Positions 39,432-50,020 are shown, numbered from the stretch's first letter. The stretch is 64,000 nt of DNA from Akkermansiaceae bacterium (GCA_019634595.1 JAHCBC010000006.1:146980-210979), one strand, 5' to 3'. Notes: generated by a model from the sequence alone, not told the origin. Translations and numbers: made by a program.

Positions 39432-40667
39432 CTAACCCACCCCGATCTCCGCCATCGCCGGCTGCTGGTCCTTGAAAACCTCGCGGGCAATGCTCCGCAC
39501 ATCTTCATCCGTCACGGACAGGATCTTCCCGCGCCAGGCGGCGGGGGAGGGAATCTCATCGAAATCCAGCAACCCTTCCCCGGCCCATGCCGCGTGGGAG
39601 CCGGTGGACTCGAAGGCCAGCTTGCTCTGGGCGATCATCAGCCGCTTCGCGCGGTCCAGTTCGCCGGGGCGTGGACCGTTCTCCACCAGATCCGCGATCT
39701 CCCGGTGGATGCACTCCAGCGCTTCCTCCCGCGACTCCGGATCAAGCCCGGCATTCACCTCGAATGATCCGGTTTCGTCGAAAAACGTCACATCGCTGCC
39801 GATCTGGTAGCAGAGCCCGCGGTCCTCCCGCAGCTCCAGGAACAGGCGGGAGCTGGAGATTTCACCCAGCATCATGCTCAGCAGGCGCAGCGCGTGGCGG
39901 CTCTCCGAGCGTCTGCCCGGCGTGTGCCAGGCCAGCGAAAGCTGGAGCTGGTCGGACTCCCGCAGGTCGGTGATCTTCCGCAGCGGAGCCTCCGCCGCGT
40001 CGAAAGGCACGGGCGGCGTGCCGGGGTGGAACTCCGTGGGCAGGTGGGGTGCGAGCATCTCCATCACCTGATCCGCGGTGAACGGACCGGCGGCGGCGAT
40101 AACGATGTCATCCCGGAAATGATGAAGGTCGCGGAACTTGACCAGCGTTTCCCGGTCGATGGCGTGGATGGATTCCTCGGAGCCGGAGATCGCGTTGCCC
40201 AGCGGATGCTCCCCCCATAGCGCGGCGGAGATGAGGTCGCCTATGTGATCGGAGGGGGATTCACGATACATCGTGATTTCCTCGCCGATGACTTCGCGCT
40301 CCAGGTCGATCTCCGCTTCGGGAAAGGTCGCGTGCCAGACCATATCCGACAGCACATCCACCAGCACCGGCATCAGGTCCGCCTCGCCGCGGCCCTCATA
40401 GACCGTCTGGTCCTCGGAGGTGCAGGCATTGATCTGCCCGCCCGCATCCTCGATCTCGTAGCTGATCTGCTTCGCGGTGCGTCGCGCGGTACCCTTGAAA
40501 ACCATGTGCTCCACGAAGTGGGCCAGCCCAGCTGGCAGCTCCGCCTCATCCCGGCTGCCCGCCGGAATGTAGATGGAAAGCGCGGCGCACTCGGAATCCG
40601 CGATGGTCGCCACCGCCAGTCGCGGTCCGCCGGGGATCCGCCGCCACTCGTAAATCGCTTTGCTCAT
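39432..40667 (-). CDS. M16 family (pitrilysin-like) zinc peptidase
   Basis: GLAHFVEHMVFKGT (HxxEH), INACTS, SSRLFLELREDRGLCY. Confidence 0.93.
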   Translation of the reverse strand: MSKAIYEWRRIPGGPRLAVATIADSECAALSIYIPAGSRDEAELPAGLAHFVEHMVFKGTARRTAKQISYEIEDAGGQINACTSEDQTVYEGRGEADLMPVLVDVLSDMVWHATFPEAEIDLEREVIGEEITMYRESPSDHIGDLISAALWGEHPLGNAISGSEESIHAIDRETLVKFRDLHHFRDDIVIAAAGPFTADQVMEMLAPHLPTEFHPGTPPVPFDAAEAPLRKITDLRESDQLQLSLAWHTPGRRSESRHALRLLSMMLGEISSSRLFLELREDRGLCYQIGSDVTFFDETGSFEVNAGLDPESREEALECIHREIADLVENGPRPGELDRAKRLMIAQSKLAFESTGSHAAWAGEGLLDFDEIPSPAAWRGKILSVTDEDVRSIAREVFKDQQPAMAEIGVG

Positions 40668-40808
40668 CGTGAAGGTTCGCGGCCTCCCCCGGTTCGTCCG
40701 GGGGAGGGCCGCCGAAGGAAACCACGGGGGCCGGGGGAGTCAATGGAAAGTGGGCGGGGGGAGCATGATGGTACCAAGGGGTATGCTGCTGCCAGGCGTG
40801 CGCCAGGA

Positions 40809-41006
40809 TGTGGCTGTGGCGTCCCGCCACAGGCCGTGGCGACGGCGTCCCGCCGTCGTTTTCGAGGTGACCAATGACTGATATGCTTCCACAAGCGGAA
40901 AGTTATGACGTTCAACCGAATGTCCAAAGAGATGGCTCATGTTCTCCGCGGAAGAATTGCGGCGGGACGCCACAATCACGGCCTGCGGCGGGACGCCGCA
41001 GCCACA
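40809..41006. repeat. MITE/REPIN-like element, family D
   Basis: 52-bp imperfect inverted arms (40809-40860, 40955-41006; 42/52 by manual alignment), each with two GGCGTCCCGCC units. Confidence 0.75.
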
Positions 41007-41026
41007 GTCCAATTCCCCGCAGCACG

Positions 41027-41743
41027 CTATTGGATCAACGCCTCCGCCAATCCGAGATCCGCAGGCGTTGTGACCTTCAGGTTCGGGTGCCCGGACTCCA
41101 CGAATTTCACTTTCACTCCCAGTGCTTCCGCGGCGGAGACTTCGTCCGTGATGGTCAGATTCTCCACGGAAACCTTCGCATAGGCCTGTCTCAGAAGGTC
41201 GGCTGAGAAAACCTGCGGCGTTTCCATGAACCAGAGGTTCTCCCGCGAAACCGCGCCGGTGCAGAAGGCTTCGTCATCGGACCGTTTCAGGGTTTCCGTC
41301 ACCCGGCGGGCGAGGGTGGCGGCCCGGTGGGCGGCCGCTTCCGCCACGCAGCGGGCGATGTCATCCGGATGGACCAGCGGGCGCGCGCCATCATGGACGG
41401 CGACGAGTTCCGTGCCATCCGGCAGGGCGGCGAGGCCCTGGGCGACGGAGTCCTGCCGGTCCTTCCCGCCATCGACGCGGACGACGGGCTTCGTGAAGCG
41501 CGCGGCATCCCCCAGCAGCTCCCAGCGTTCCTCCGGGCAGACGATGATGATGGATGAGATGGCGTCCGCCGTGAGGAAGGCATCCAGCGTCCGCCGCAGC
41601 ACCGGCACTCCGGCGAGCGGTGCGGACAGCTTGTCGAAGCCCATCCGGCGGCTGGAGCCGGCGGCGACGATGATCGCGGTGCAGATGGAAATGCAGGCGG
41701 TGGACACGAGCGGAGTTTCATGGGCTGGCGCGGTGCCGTCCAT
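41027..41743 (-). CDS. ispD: 2-C-methyl-D-erythritol 4-phosphate cytidylyltransferase
   Basis: AIIVAAGSSRRMGFDK, GGKDRQDSV, VAVHDGARP, METPQVF, NLKVTTPADL. Confidence 0.95.
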   Translation of the reverse strand: MDGTAPAHETPLVSTACISICTAIIVAAGSSRRMGFDKLSAPLAGVPVLRRTLDAFLTADAISSIIIVCPEERWELLGDAARFTKPVVRVDGGKDRQDSVAQGLAALPDGTELVAVHDGARPLVHPDDIARCVAEAAAHRAATLARRVTETLKRSDDEAFCTGAVSRENLWFMETPQVFSADLLRQAYAKVSVENLTITDEVSAAEALGVKVKFVESGHPNLKVTTPADLGLAEALIQ

Positions 41744-41952
41744 TTCTTTCCGATTGGGATGACCACTGATTGTACTGATTACACAGATTCAGAATGTCCC
41801 GTTCTCCTTTCCCGGGAATCAGTGGAATCAGTGGTCATCCATCCCTCTTGCCTTGAGAGGTTTGAACGGAGGCGATCTTTCCTTGATCCCGCCATGGAAA
41901 ATGCCGGAGTCTGGAGGCCGGGCGCGGAGCCGGAAAAATTTCCGCCGTCCAT

Positions 41953-42558
41953 GTGTCAATGGACGAGCCTCGTGACAATTTCCCCGTGTCGGACGTTTCC
42001 GAATCCACCGAAGAATCCGCGGTCGTCACCGCGGCCCGCGCGGGGGATGCGGAGGCATTCGGCGAGCTGGTCAGGCGCTATGAGCAGAACATCCGCGCCT
42101 GTCTGGTCATCCGCCTGAAGAACCCTCACGACGCAGAAGACCTTGCCCAGGACACGTTCATCACCGCTTTCCAGAAGTTCGCGGACTTCGATACGAAGCT
42201 CCCGCTCGGGCCGTGGCTGCGTGGCATCGCCTTCAACCTGCTACGGAACTTCCAGAAAAAGAACCGCCCCATCGCCGTCGGCGCGGAAACCGAACTCGCC
42301 GGCCTCATCGACGCGAAAATCTCCGAACGCTACGCCCCACTACAGGAAGCCAACCTTTTCTCCATCCTGGACGACTGCATGGAAAAACTCGACCCATCCG
42401 CCCGCCAGCTTCTCCATCGCCGTTATCATGACGATGCGGCGGTGCAGGACATCGCGGCGGAGTCGCGGCGCAACCACTCGACCGTAACCATGCAACTCCA
42501 CCGCCTGCGCACCGCGCTCGCGGAGTGCATCCGCAACCAGACCGCCCCCACGCCATGA
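41953..42558 (+). CDS. ECF sigma-70 factor
   Basis: AFGELVRRY, DAEDLAQDTF, WLRGIAFN, C-terminal region 4 LHRLRTALAECI. Confidence 0.93.
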   Translation: MSMDEPRDNFPVSDVSESTEESAVVTAARAGDAEAFGELVRRYEQNIRACLVIRLKNPHDAEDLAQDTFITAFQKFADFDTKLPLGPWLRGIAFNLLRNFQKKNRPIAVGAETELAGLIDAKISERYAPLQEANLFSILDDCMEKLDPSARQLLHRRYHDDAAVQDIAAESRRNHSTVTMQLHRLRTALAECIRNQTAPTP

Positions 42559-44090
42559 CCGACTTCGAAACCGAGAAACTGCTGGCTCGCTGGATCGATG
42601 GGGACACCCTCACCGATGCGGAACTCGCGTCCCTGAAAGCCACGCTGGAGTCCCGCCCGGACCTGCTGGACGCCGCGGCGGACCAGGTGGTGCTGGACCG
42701 CCTGCTGGAGCACCGCGTCGTCGGTCTGGCGGACTTCCCCGGAGAGGTCAGGAGGGAAATGCTCCCTGTCCGCAAGGTGGTGCCCTTTTTCCTGCGGCCG
42801 AAGGTATGGGCGGCGGTGGCCACCGTGGCGGTGGCGGGTTGGGTGGCGGACATGGTTTTCCATCCGCTTTCGCAAGGACCGGTGGCGGAGATCACCGGCA
42901 GCACCGGTGCGGACGGCATCCCCACGGAAAAATCCTTCCGTAAGGGCGAGATCCTTTCCTTCAGGGAGGGCTTCGTTTCCGTCCGGTTCAAAGACGGTGC
43001 GGAGGTCGTCATCGAGGGGGAGGCACAGCTCCAGTTTCTCGGTACGAACCGGGCGAAGCTCCTGAAAGGCAGCGCCGTAGCAAACGTGCCGGAGTCCGCC
43101 CACGGCTTCACCATCGACGGCCCGGGAGGAAAGGTGGTCGATATCGGCACCGAGTTCGCCGTGAAAACCGCAGGCGACCAGATGGAGGTTCATGTTCTCA
43201 AGGGTGAGGTGGAGGCAAAGGCGCAGGGCCACCGCACCGTCTCGCTGAAGCAGGACAAGGCCGCGCTTCTGGGGAAAAGCGGCGTCGCCAGCCTGGCGAT
43301 TGCTCCCGGGAATTTCCTCACCTCACTGCCGCCGAAGCATGGCGCCTCACCGGTCGATTACCTCCACTGGGCCTTTGACGAAGGCTCCGGCCTGGAAGTC
43401 CGTGCGGATGTCCGCGGCGTGGCGTCCCCGGAGCAGGCGACCGGCACACTCACCTCACTGCCCGGCGGGTCCATCGTGCCGGAGTGGATGGACGGGGTGA
43501 ACGGTTCCGCCATTTCCTTCAGCGGCCAGGACGACTACATCCAGACGGAGTTCCCCGGCTTCGGTGGATCGTCCGCGCGGACCGTTTCCCTGTGGGTGAA
43601 GGTCCCGCAGAACCTGAAAGCGACGGAGGGCTACGCGCTCGTCAGTTGGGGCGCGCACAGTTCCCCGGGCGACACCTGGCAGGTTTCCATCAACCCGGAT
43701 GAGAAGGACGGCCCGGTGGGCTCCCTGCGGGTGGGCACTCATGAAGGAGAAGTGGTGGGCACCACGGATTTGCGCGACGGAGCATGGCACCATCTGGCCG
43801 CCGTGCTTTATGAAGGCCGTCCGGCGAACGTGGCCACGCACATCCTCCTCTACGTGGATGGCCGACTGGAACCCGCGGCGCGGAAAAGCATCCGCAGGAT
43901 CGATACGGACATCACCGGTCCGCTGGCGCAGCGCGTGGCATTCGGGAAAAATTCCGCCGTGCGCTCCGCCGGTGCGCGCATGCCGAAGCATACCTTCCGC
44001 GGCGGCATTGATGAGGTCACCCTCTGCCCCGCCGCCCTCTCCCAGAAGGAGATCCAGGCGCTGATGAAGACCGGGCGGATTGAGCCGTAG
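42555..44090 (+). CDS. FecR-domain anti-sigma factor with LamG-like C-terminal domain
   Basis: ATGA overlap with the sigma gene; TM segment; GAEVVIEG and VVDIGTEFAV (FecR); WHHLAAV, LYVDG, GIDEV (LamG). Confidence 0.9.
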   Translation: MTDFETEKLLARWIDGDTLTDAELASLKATLESRPDLLDAAADQVVLDRLLEHRVVGLADFPGEVRREMLPVRKVVPFFLRPKVWAAVATVAVAGWVADMVFHPLSQGPVAEITGSTGADGIPTEKSFRKGEILSFREGFVSVRFKDGAEVVIEGEAQLQFLGTNRAKLLKGSAVANVPESAHGFTIDGPGGKVVDIGTEFAVKTAGDQMEVHVLKGEVEAKAQGHRTVSLKQDKAALLGKSGVASLAIAPGNFLTSLPPKHGASPVDYLHWAFDEGSGLEVRADVRGVASPEQATGTLTSLPGGSIVPEWMDGVNGSAISFSGQDDYIQTEFPGFGGSSARTVSLWVKVPQNLKATEGYALVSWGAHSSPGDTWQVSINPDEKDGPVGSLRVGTHEGEVVGTTDLRDGAWHHLAAVLYEGRPANVATHILLYVDGRLEPAARKSIRRIDTDITGPLAQRVAFGKNSAVRSAGARMPKHTFRGGIDEVTLCPAALSQKEIQALMKTGRIEP

Positions 44091-44118
44091 CGGAATGGCT
44101 CCGATGGTTGGCGCACTG

Positions 44119-44190
44119 GGACCGCGGAATTCATTCCGCTTGGCTTCGCAAAGAACTGGATTCTCCGGGGCGGAATGAATTCCGCGGTCC
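44119..44190. repeat. REP doublet, family E
   Basis: GGACCGCGGAATTCATTCCGC (44119-44139) and its perfect reverse complement (44170-44190). Confidence 0.8.
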
Positions 44191-44302
44191 AATTTCCAGG
44201 GAAGTAGCCTCCACTTTCTCCGAAATTTTTCTCACAGGGATGTGTCATGCCTCATCCAGGCCGACAATTTCATGGTAACCCGAAACCCAACCAAGAAACC
44301 CC

Positions 44303-46708
44303 ATGCGTGCCATCAGTTACCTTTTCCTGTCAGCGGCCATCGCCTCCGCGGCTCCCGTCGAGCTTTCCGGAATCTATCCGCACCTTTCCTTTTTCAACGA
44401 CGAACGGGAGTGCGGCACCGGTGCGGTCGTGCCATGGGGTGACCGCCTGTGGGCCATCACCTACGCGCCGCATTCGCCCAAGGGATCCACGGACAAGCTC
44501 TATGAGATCACCAACGACCTGCAACTGATCGTGCGCCAGGAGAGCATCGGGGGCACCCCGGCGAACCGGATGATCCACAAGGAGTCCAACCAGCTTTTCA
44601 TCGGGCCGTATGCCATCGACAAGAACCGCCATGTACGGACCATCCAGTACTCACGGATGACTGGCAGGCCGACAGGCAACGCACGGCACCTTTTCGACCC
44701 CGCCGGAAAGATCTACTACGCCACCATGGAGGAGGGGATCTATGAGGTGGACGTCCACACCCTCAATGTCACCGAACTTTTCCGTGACGAGGAAGTGCCC
44801 GGCGACGCCCGCCGCATGGAAATGGCCGGCTACCATGGCAAGGGCCTCTACACCGGTCATGGCCGCCTCATCTACGCCAACAACGGCGAGCGCGGACGCC
44901 AGAACCGCTTTCCGGAATCCGCCTCCGGCGCACTCGCAGAGTGGGACGGCAAGGCCGACAAGTGGCACATGGTCCGCCGCAACCAGTTCTGCGAAGTGAC
45001 CGGCCCGGGCGGCATCTATGGCAATGAAAACCCGGACACCGATCCCATCTGGACCACCGGCTGGGACCACCGCTCCCTTATCCTGATGGTGCTGGACAAG
45101 GGTGAGTGGCATTCCTACCGGATGCCGAAAGGCTCCCACTCCTACGACGGCGCGCACGGCCATAACACGGAGTGGCCCCGTATCCGGGAGATCGGGGAGG
45201 GGAATGACCTCCTCATGACCATGCACGGGACCTTCTACAAGTTCCCGAAGGATTTCACCCCGGCCAAGTCCGGCGGCATCGTCCCGCGCTCGAACTACCT
45301 CAAGGTCATCGGCGACTTTGCCAAGTGGAATGGCCGACTGGTCTTCGGTTGTGACGACACAGCACGGTCGGAGTTCGCCAACGTCCGCCAGGCGAAGGGC
45401 AAGATTGCTTCGCCGCAGTCGCAGTCGAACCTCTGGTTCATGGAGCCGGACAAGATCGATGACATCGGGCCGCTGCTCGGTCGTGGCGCGCTGGCGGTCG
45501 ATGATCCGCTGAAGAAAGGCCAGCCGACCGATCCGTTCCTTTTCTCCGGCTATGACCTGCGTGGCGTCCATCTTTCCCATGACGGGAAGGGGGAGGTCAC
45601 CTTCGAGTTCGAGGTGGACAAGAACGGCACCGGAAACTGGGAGCCGCTGCTGAAGCTGCCCGTCGGTCCGGCGATGGCGACCTTCCACACCTTCACGGAT
45701 GACCAGACGGGTGCCTGGGTCCGCGTGAAAGTTTCCGAGGATGTGGCGAAGGGGAACATCTCCTTCATCTTCCGCGACAAGGATCCAAGGACGGAAAAGA
45801 GCGATGCGATTTTCAATGGAATCGCCGCCGCGGGATCAAAGGATCTCACCGGCGGCCTCGTCCGGGCGCGTGACGGGGAAAAGCGTGACCTCGCTTTCGC
45901 CGCGGTCTCCCCGGACGGCAAGGACATCGGTTTCTACCTGCTCAACGAGAAGCTGGAACTCGTCCGTACGGAGAACCCGCAGGAGCTGGACTTCCACAAG
46001 AAGAACACCGTCATCCCCACCGGCATGCTGACGGAGGATGCGGCGTCCGTGATCTTCTCCGATGACGAGGGCAAGAAGTGGCGCCTGCCGAAGAATGCGG
46101 GAGGCTACGAAAACGGCGGCACCTTCGGCGGCAACCGGATCGCCCGGGAGGTGGCCACGGAGCGTGACCTTTTCAATGCCTACGGCACTTTCTATGAACT
46201 GCCATCGCGCAATGCGGGCAGCTTCTCACGGGTCCGCCCGGTCGCCACTCACAACCGCGCGGTGCATGACTTCTGCTCCTACCGCGGGCTGTTCGTCGCC
46301 TCCGGTGTCGCCACCGACGCGCCCGGTGACAACAAGCACATCATCCGCTCCGATGACGGCAAGGCCGCCCTGTGGGCCGGAAATGTGGACGACCTCTGGA
46401 AGCTCGGGAAACCCCGCGGCAAGGGCGGTCCATGGAAAGACACCTCCGCCAAGCGCGGCGAGCCATCCGATCCCTACCTGATGACCGCGTATGACAAAAA
46501 GACGCTCACGCTCACCGCTGACAAGGACATCATCATCCGCATGGAGGTGGACATCGCCGGTAACGGAACCTGGGTGAACCACAAGCGTTTCGAGGTGAAG
46601 GCCGGTCAGCCGCTGGAGCATGTGTTCCCGGAGGCATTCTCCGCCTACTGGTGCCGCTTTACCACCAGCGCGGATGCAAAGGTGACCGCCCAACTGGCGT
46701 ATGAGTGA
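44303..46708 (+). CDS. Secreted ~800-aa protein of unknown function, paralog 1
   Basis: Signal peptide; collinear homolog of 47612..50020. Confidence 0.9.
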   Translation: MRAISYLFLSAAIASAAPVELSGIYPHLSFFNDERECGTGAVVPWGDRLWAITYAPHSPKGSTDKLYEITNDLQLIVRQESIGGTPANRMIHKESNQLFIGPYAIDKNRHVRTIQYSRMTGRPTGNARHLFDPAGKIYYATMEEGIYEVDVHTLNVTELFRDEEVPGDARRMEMAGYHGKGLYTGHGRLIYANNGERGRQNRFPESASGALAEWDGKADKWHMVRRNQFCEVTGPGGIYGNENPDTDPIWTTGWDHRSLILMVLDKGEWHSYRMPKGSHSYDGAHGHNTEWPRIREIGEGNDLLMTMHGTFYKFPKDFTPAKSGGIVPRSNYLKVIGDFAKWNGRLVFGCDDTARSEFANVRQAKGKIASPQSQSNLWFMEPDKIDDIGPLLGRGALAVDDPLKKGQPTDPFLFSGYDLRGVHLSHDGKGEVTFEFEVDKNGTGNWEPLLKLPVGPAMATFHTFTDDQTGAWVRVKVSEDVAKGNISFIFRDKDPRTEKSDAIFNGIAAAGSKDLTGGLVRARDGEKRDLAFAAVSPDGKDIGFYLLNEKLELVRTENPQELDFHKKNTVIPTGMLTEDAASVIFSDDEGKKWRLPKNAGGYENGGTFGGNRIAREVATERDLFNAYGTFYELPSRNAGSFSRVRPVATHNRAVHDFCSYRGLFVASGVATDAPGDNKHIIRSDDGKAALWAGNVDDLWKLGKPRGKGGPWKDTSAKRGEPSDPYLMTAYDKKTLTLTADKDIIIRMEVDIAGNGTWVNHKRFEVKAGQPLEHVFPEAFSAYWCRFTTSADAKVTAQLAYE

Positions 46709-46785
46709 CGTTTGAAAAAAATAAGTGATGCCTGTGTCAAAGCGGGCATCACGTCACAATTCCAAGGCACAAACCCTCGAATCCC

Positions 46786-47559
46786 ATGCGCTCCATCATC
46801 CAGATCGCCGCTATGTCGGCCTTGCTTTCAGGCCCGTTGTTCGCCGTCACGACGGTGATTTCGGACAATTTCGACAGTGGCACCGCCAGCGCGGATTGGT
46901 ATCGCAACAGCGCGGTGAACATTGTTCCGGGCGGTCCCGGTGCCTCGGTGAACTACGCCCACCTGCTGGCGGGGGCCGACGTGGTCACCTCGGGCCTCGG
47001 TGACCAGATTGGGATGGCGGACAATTTCGTCATCGATTTCTATTTCCGCGTCCAGGCCTCCTCGAACCGCCAGTTGAACCTGAGCGTGTCCACGGTGTCC
47101 GTCAACCCGAGTCCGGGGGATGCGACCGTCAACCTCCGGATCCAGGGCAACACGTTCGCCGTGTACCGCCCGAGCGATACGACATGGGTTGCGGTCGGAG
47201 GCTTGGGGAGCGTGACTCCCGGCACGTGGTACCGCATGCAGTTCGAAGGTGTGGGCTGGGGAAGCGCGGGGGCCAGCTACACTTTGCGCCTTTCTGGTGC
47301 CGGTGGGGATACCCTTACCAACGAGGTCACCGGGCTGACGACGATCCAGAACGGGTCGATCACGGGTAACACCACCTATGGTGGAAATGTCTACAATGGC
47401 ACCGCGCGTTCGTTCCTGTTCAGCACCACCTACGGGACCAATCCGGGCTTCGATATCGATAACGTCGTCGTGACCGGCAACCTGATTCCGGAGCCTTCCG
47501 CCGTTGCGTTCCTCGGCGCGGCGTCTCTCGTTGGTCTCAGCCGCCGCCGCAGGGCCTGA
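46786..47559 (+). CDS. PEP-CTERM surface protein
   Basis: Signal peptide; IPEPSAVAFLGAASLVGLSRRRRA terminus. Confidence 0.92.
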   Translation: MRSIIQIAAMSALLSGPLFAVTTVISDNFDSGTASADWYRNSAVNIVPGGPGASVNYAHLLAGADVVTSGLGDQIGMADNFVIDFYFRVQASSNRQLNLSVSTVSVNPSPGDATVNLRIQGNTFAVYRPSDTTWVAVGGLGSVTPGTWYRMQFEGVGWGSAGASYTLRLSGAGGDTLTNEVTGLTTIQNGSITGNTTYGGNVYNGTARSFLFSTTYGTNPGFDIDNVVVTGNLIPEPSAVAFLGAASLVGLSRRRRA

Positions 47560-47611
47560 TGGGCATCACACGCCTCATTTTCCAATCCTCTCAAATCCAA
47601 ACCACGAATAA

Positions 47612-50020
47612 ATGCGTATCTTCAGCTATCTGTTCCTCAGTGCGGCCCTTGCGACCGCGGCTCCCCGGGAAATCTCCGGCATCTACCCGAGCCTCGCCTA
47701 CTTCAACCAGGAAGGTGAGTGCGGCACCGGCGCGGTCGTGCCATGGGCGGACCGCCTGTGGGTCGTCACCTATGCGCCGCACAAGCCCGGCGGATCCTCT
47801 GACAAGCTCTATGAGATCACCCCGGACCTGGAGCTGATCATCCGTCCGGAGAGCATCGGCGGCACCCCGGCGAACCGGATGATCCACAAGGAGTCCAACC
47901 AGCTTTTCATCGGACCCCATGCCATCGACGGCGAGGGCAAGGTCAGGACCATCCCTTACAAGACGATGCACGGCCGCCCGACCGGTAATGCCCGCCACCT
48001 CTTCGACCCGGCTGGCAAGATCTACCAGGCGACCATGGAGGAGGGCATCTATGAGGTGGATGTGAAATCGCTCGAGGTGAAGGAACTCTGGCGGGATACC
48101 CATGTCAAAAGCGACTCACGGCTGGCCGATCTTCCCGGCTATCACGGGAAAGGCCTTTACTCCGGCCAAGGTGTGCTGGTTTACGCGAACAACGGTGAAT
48201 ATGGCAACGCGGCCCACACCAAGCCTGAAACCCCGTCCGGCGTCCTCGCGGAGTGGGACGGAAAGGCGGACAAATGGAAGATCGTCCGCCGCAACCAGTT
48301 CACCGAAGTCACCGGACCAGGCGGCATCACCGGCAATCCGGATGCCGCCAACGACCCCATCTGGGCCGTCGGCTGGGACCATCGCTCCCTCATCCTCATG
48401 TGCCGCTACAAGGGTGAATGGCACTCCTACCGCCTGCCGAAGGGTTCCCACTCCTATGACGGAGCCCACGGTTGGAACACCGAGTGGCCGCGCATCCGCG
48501 AGATCGGCGAGGGCAACGACCTGCTCATGACCATGCACGGGACCTTTTGGAAATTCCCGGTCACCTTCACCCCGGAGAATTCCGCGGGCATCGCGCCACG
48601 TTCCAACTACCTCAAGGTCATCGGTGACTTCACGAAGTGGAACGACCGCATCGTCTTCGGCTGCGATGACACCGCCGCCGCCGAGTTCCTCAACACCCGC
48701 AAGGCGAAGGGCAAAATCGCCGCTCCGCAGTCGCAGTCGAACCTGTGGTTCGTCGATCCGGCGAAACTCGACCAGCTCGGCGTTGTCATCGGACGTGGCG
48801 CGGTGTGGGCGAACGAGCCTGTGAAAGCGGGCGAGGCGTCGGATCCCTACATGTTCAGCGGCTACGACCACCGCGGCCTGCACCTGACGCAGGACGGGGA
48901 CAAGGAAGTCGTCGTGGAACTGGAAGTGGACAAAGCCGGCAATGGCAAGTGGGAGCCTCTTGCGAAGCTGACCATCCCGGCCGGGAAGGAGCTTTTCCAT
49001 GCCTTCACCAAGGAGCAGACCGGCACCTGGGTGCGCCTGAAGGCGTCCGCCGACATCAAGAAGGCGAACGCCGTCTTCACCTACCGCAACGAGGACAAGC
49101 GCACCGAGGCCCAGGACGCCGCCTTCACGGGCATCGGCAAGCCGGGCGAAACCTCCGTCACCGGTGGTCTGGTCCGCGCCCTGCCGAAGGACCGCAAGGT
49201 GCTCGGCTTCTCCGCCGCCACCCCGGACGGTTCGGACATCGGCTACTATGAACTGGATGCCGACCTGAAGCTGGTGAAGAAGGATGACGCGGAAGCCCTC
49301 GCCTACCAGAAGGAGCACACCGCCATCCCCGCGAACGTGCTGACCAGCGACGCCGCCTCCGTCATTTTCGTCGATGACGACGGCAAGAAATGGCGTCTGC
49401 CAAAGGGTGATCCGGGCTTCGAAAAAGGCGGCACCTTCGGCAACTACCGCGTGGCCCGTGAGGTGGCGACGGAGCGTGACCTGTTCAACTCGAACGGCAC
49501 CTTCTTCGAACTGCCCGCCCGCAACGCCGGTGGCTTCTCCCGCGTCCGCCCCGTGGCCACGCACAACCTGATGGTGCATGACTTCTGCTCCTACCGCGGT
49601 CTGTTCGTGATCTCCGGCGTCTCCACGGATGCCCCGGCGGACACCGGCCGCATCATCAAGTCCGACGATGGCAAAACCTCCCTCTGGGTCGGTGCCATCG
49701 ATGACATCTGGAAGCTGGGCAAGCCACGCGGTGAAGGTGGTCCATGGAAAGACACCGCGGTCAAGGCGGGCGAGGTTTCCGATCCCTACCTGATGACCGC
49801 CTATGACAAGAAGTCGCTCACCCTGTCCTCGGACAAGGACGCGACGGTCACCATCGAGGTGGACATCTCCGGCAACGGATCATGGGTTGTCACGGACAAG
49901 GTGGACGTGAAATCCGGCACCGCCTACAGCCATGAGTTCCCTGCGGAATTTTCCGCCTACTGGATCCGCTTCACTTCGGACAAGGACGCGAAGGCGACCG
50001 CCCAACTGAGCTACCGCTGA
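47612..50020 (+). CDS. Secreted ~800-aa protein of unknown function, paralog 2
   Basis: Signal peptide; shares ECGTGAVVPW, GGTPANRMIHKESNQLFIG, NTEWPRIREIG and other blocks with paralog 1. Confidence 0.9.
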   Translation: MRIFSYLFLSAALATAAPREISGIYPSLAYFNQEGECGTGAVVPWADRLWVVTYAPHKPGGSSDKLYEITPDLELIIRPESIGGTPANRMIHKESNQLFIGPHAIDGEGKVRTIPYKTMHGRPTGNARHLFDPAGKIYQATMEEGIYEVDVKSLEVKELWRDTHVKSDSRLADLPGYHGKGLYSGQGVLVYANNGEYGNAAHTKPETPSGVLAEWDGKADKWKIVRRNQFTEVTGPGGITGNPDAANDPIWAVGWDHRSLILMCRYKGEWHSYRLPKGSHSYDGAHGWNTEWPRIREIGEGNDLLMTMHGTFWKFPVTFTPENSAGIAPRSNYLKVIGDFTKWNDRIVFGCDDTAAAEFLNTRKAKGKIAAPQSQSNLWFVDPAKLDQLGVVIGRGAVWANEPVKAGEASDPYMFSGYDHRGLHLTQDGDKEVVVELEVDKAGNGKWEPLAKLTIPAGKELFHAFTKEQTGTWVRLKASADIKKANAVFTYRNEDKRTEAQDAAFTGIGKPGETSVTGGLVRALPKDRKVLGFSAATPDGSDIGYYELDADLKLVKKDDAEALAYQKEHTAIPANVLTSDAASVIFVDDDGKKWRLPKGDPGFEKGGTFGNYRVAREVATERDLFNSNGTFFELPARNAGGFSRVRPVATHNLMVHDFCSYRGLFVISGVSTDAPADTGRIIKSDDGKTSLWVGAIDDIWKLGKPRGEGGPWKDTAVKAGEVSDPYLMTAYDKKSLTLSSDKDATVTIEVDISGNGSWVVTDKVDVKSGTAYSHEFPAEFSAYWIRFTSDKDAKATAQLSYR

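Noticed and set aside
37258-41743. ispH and ispD proximity as a specialised terpenoid cluster
   Set aside because: Separated by unrelated genes, with no cyclase or tailoring enzymes; housekeeping MEP pathway.
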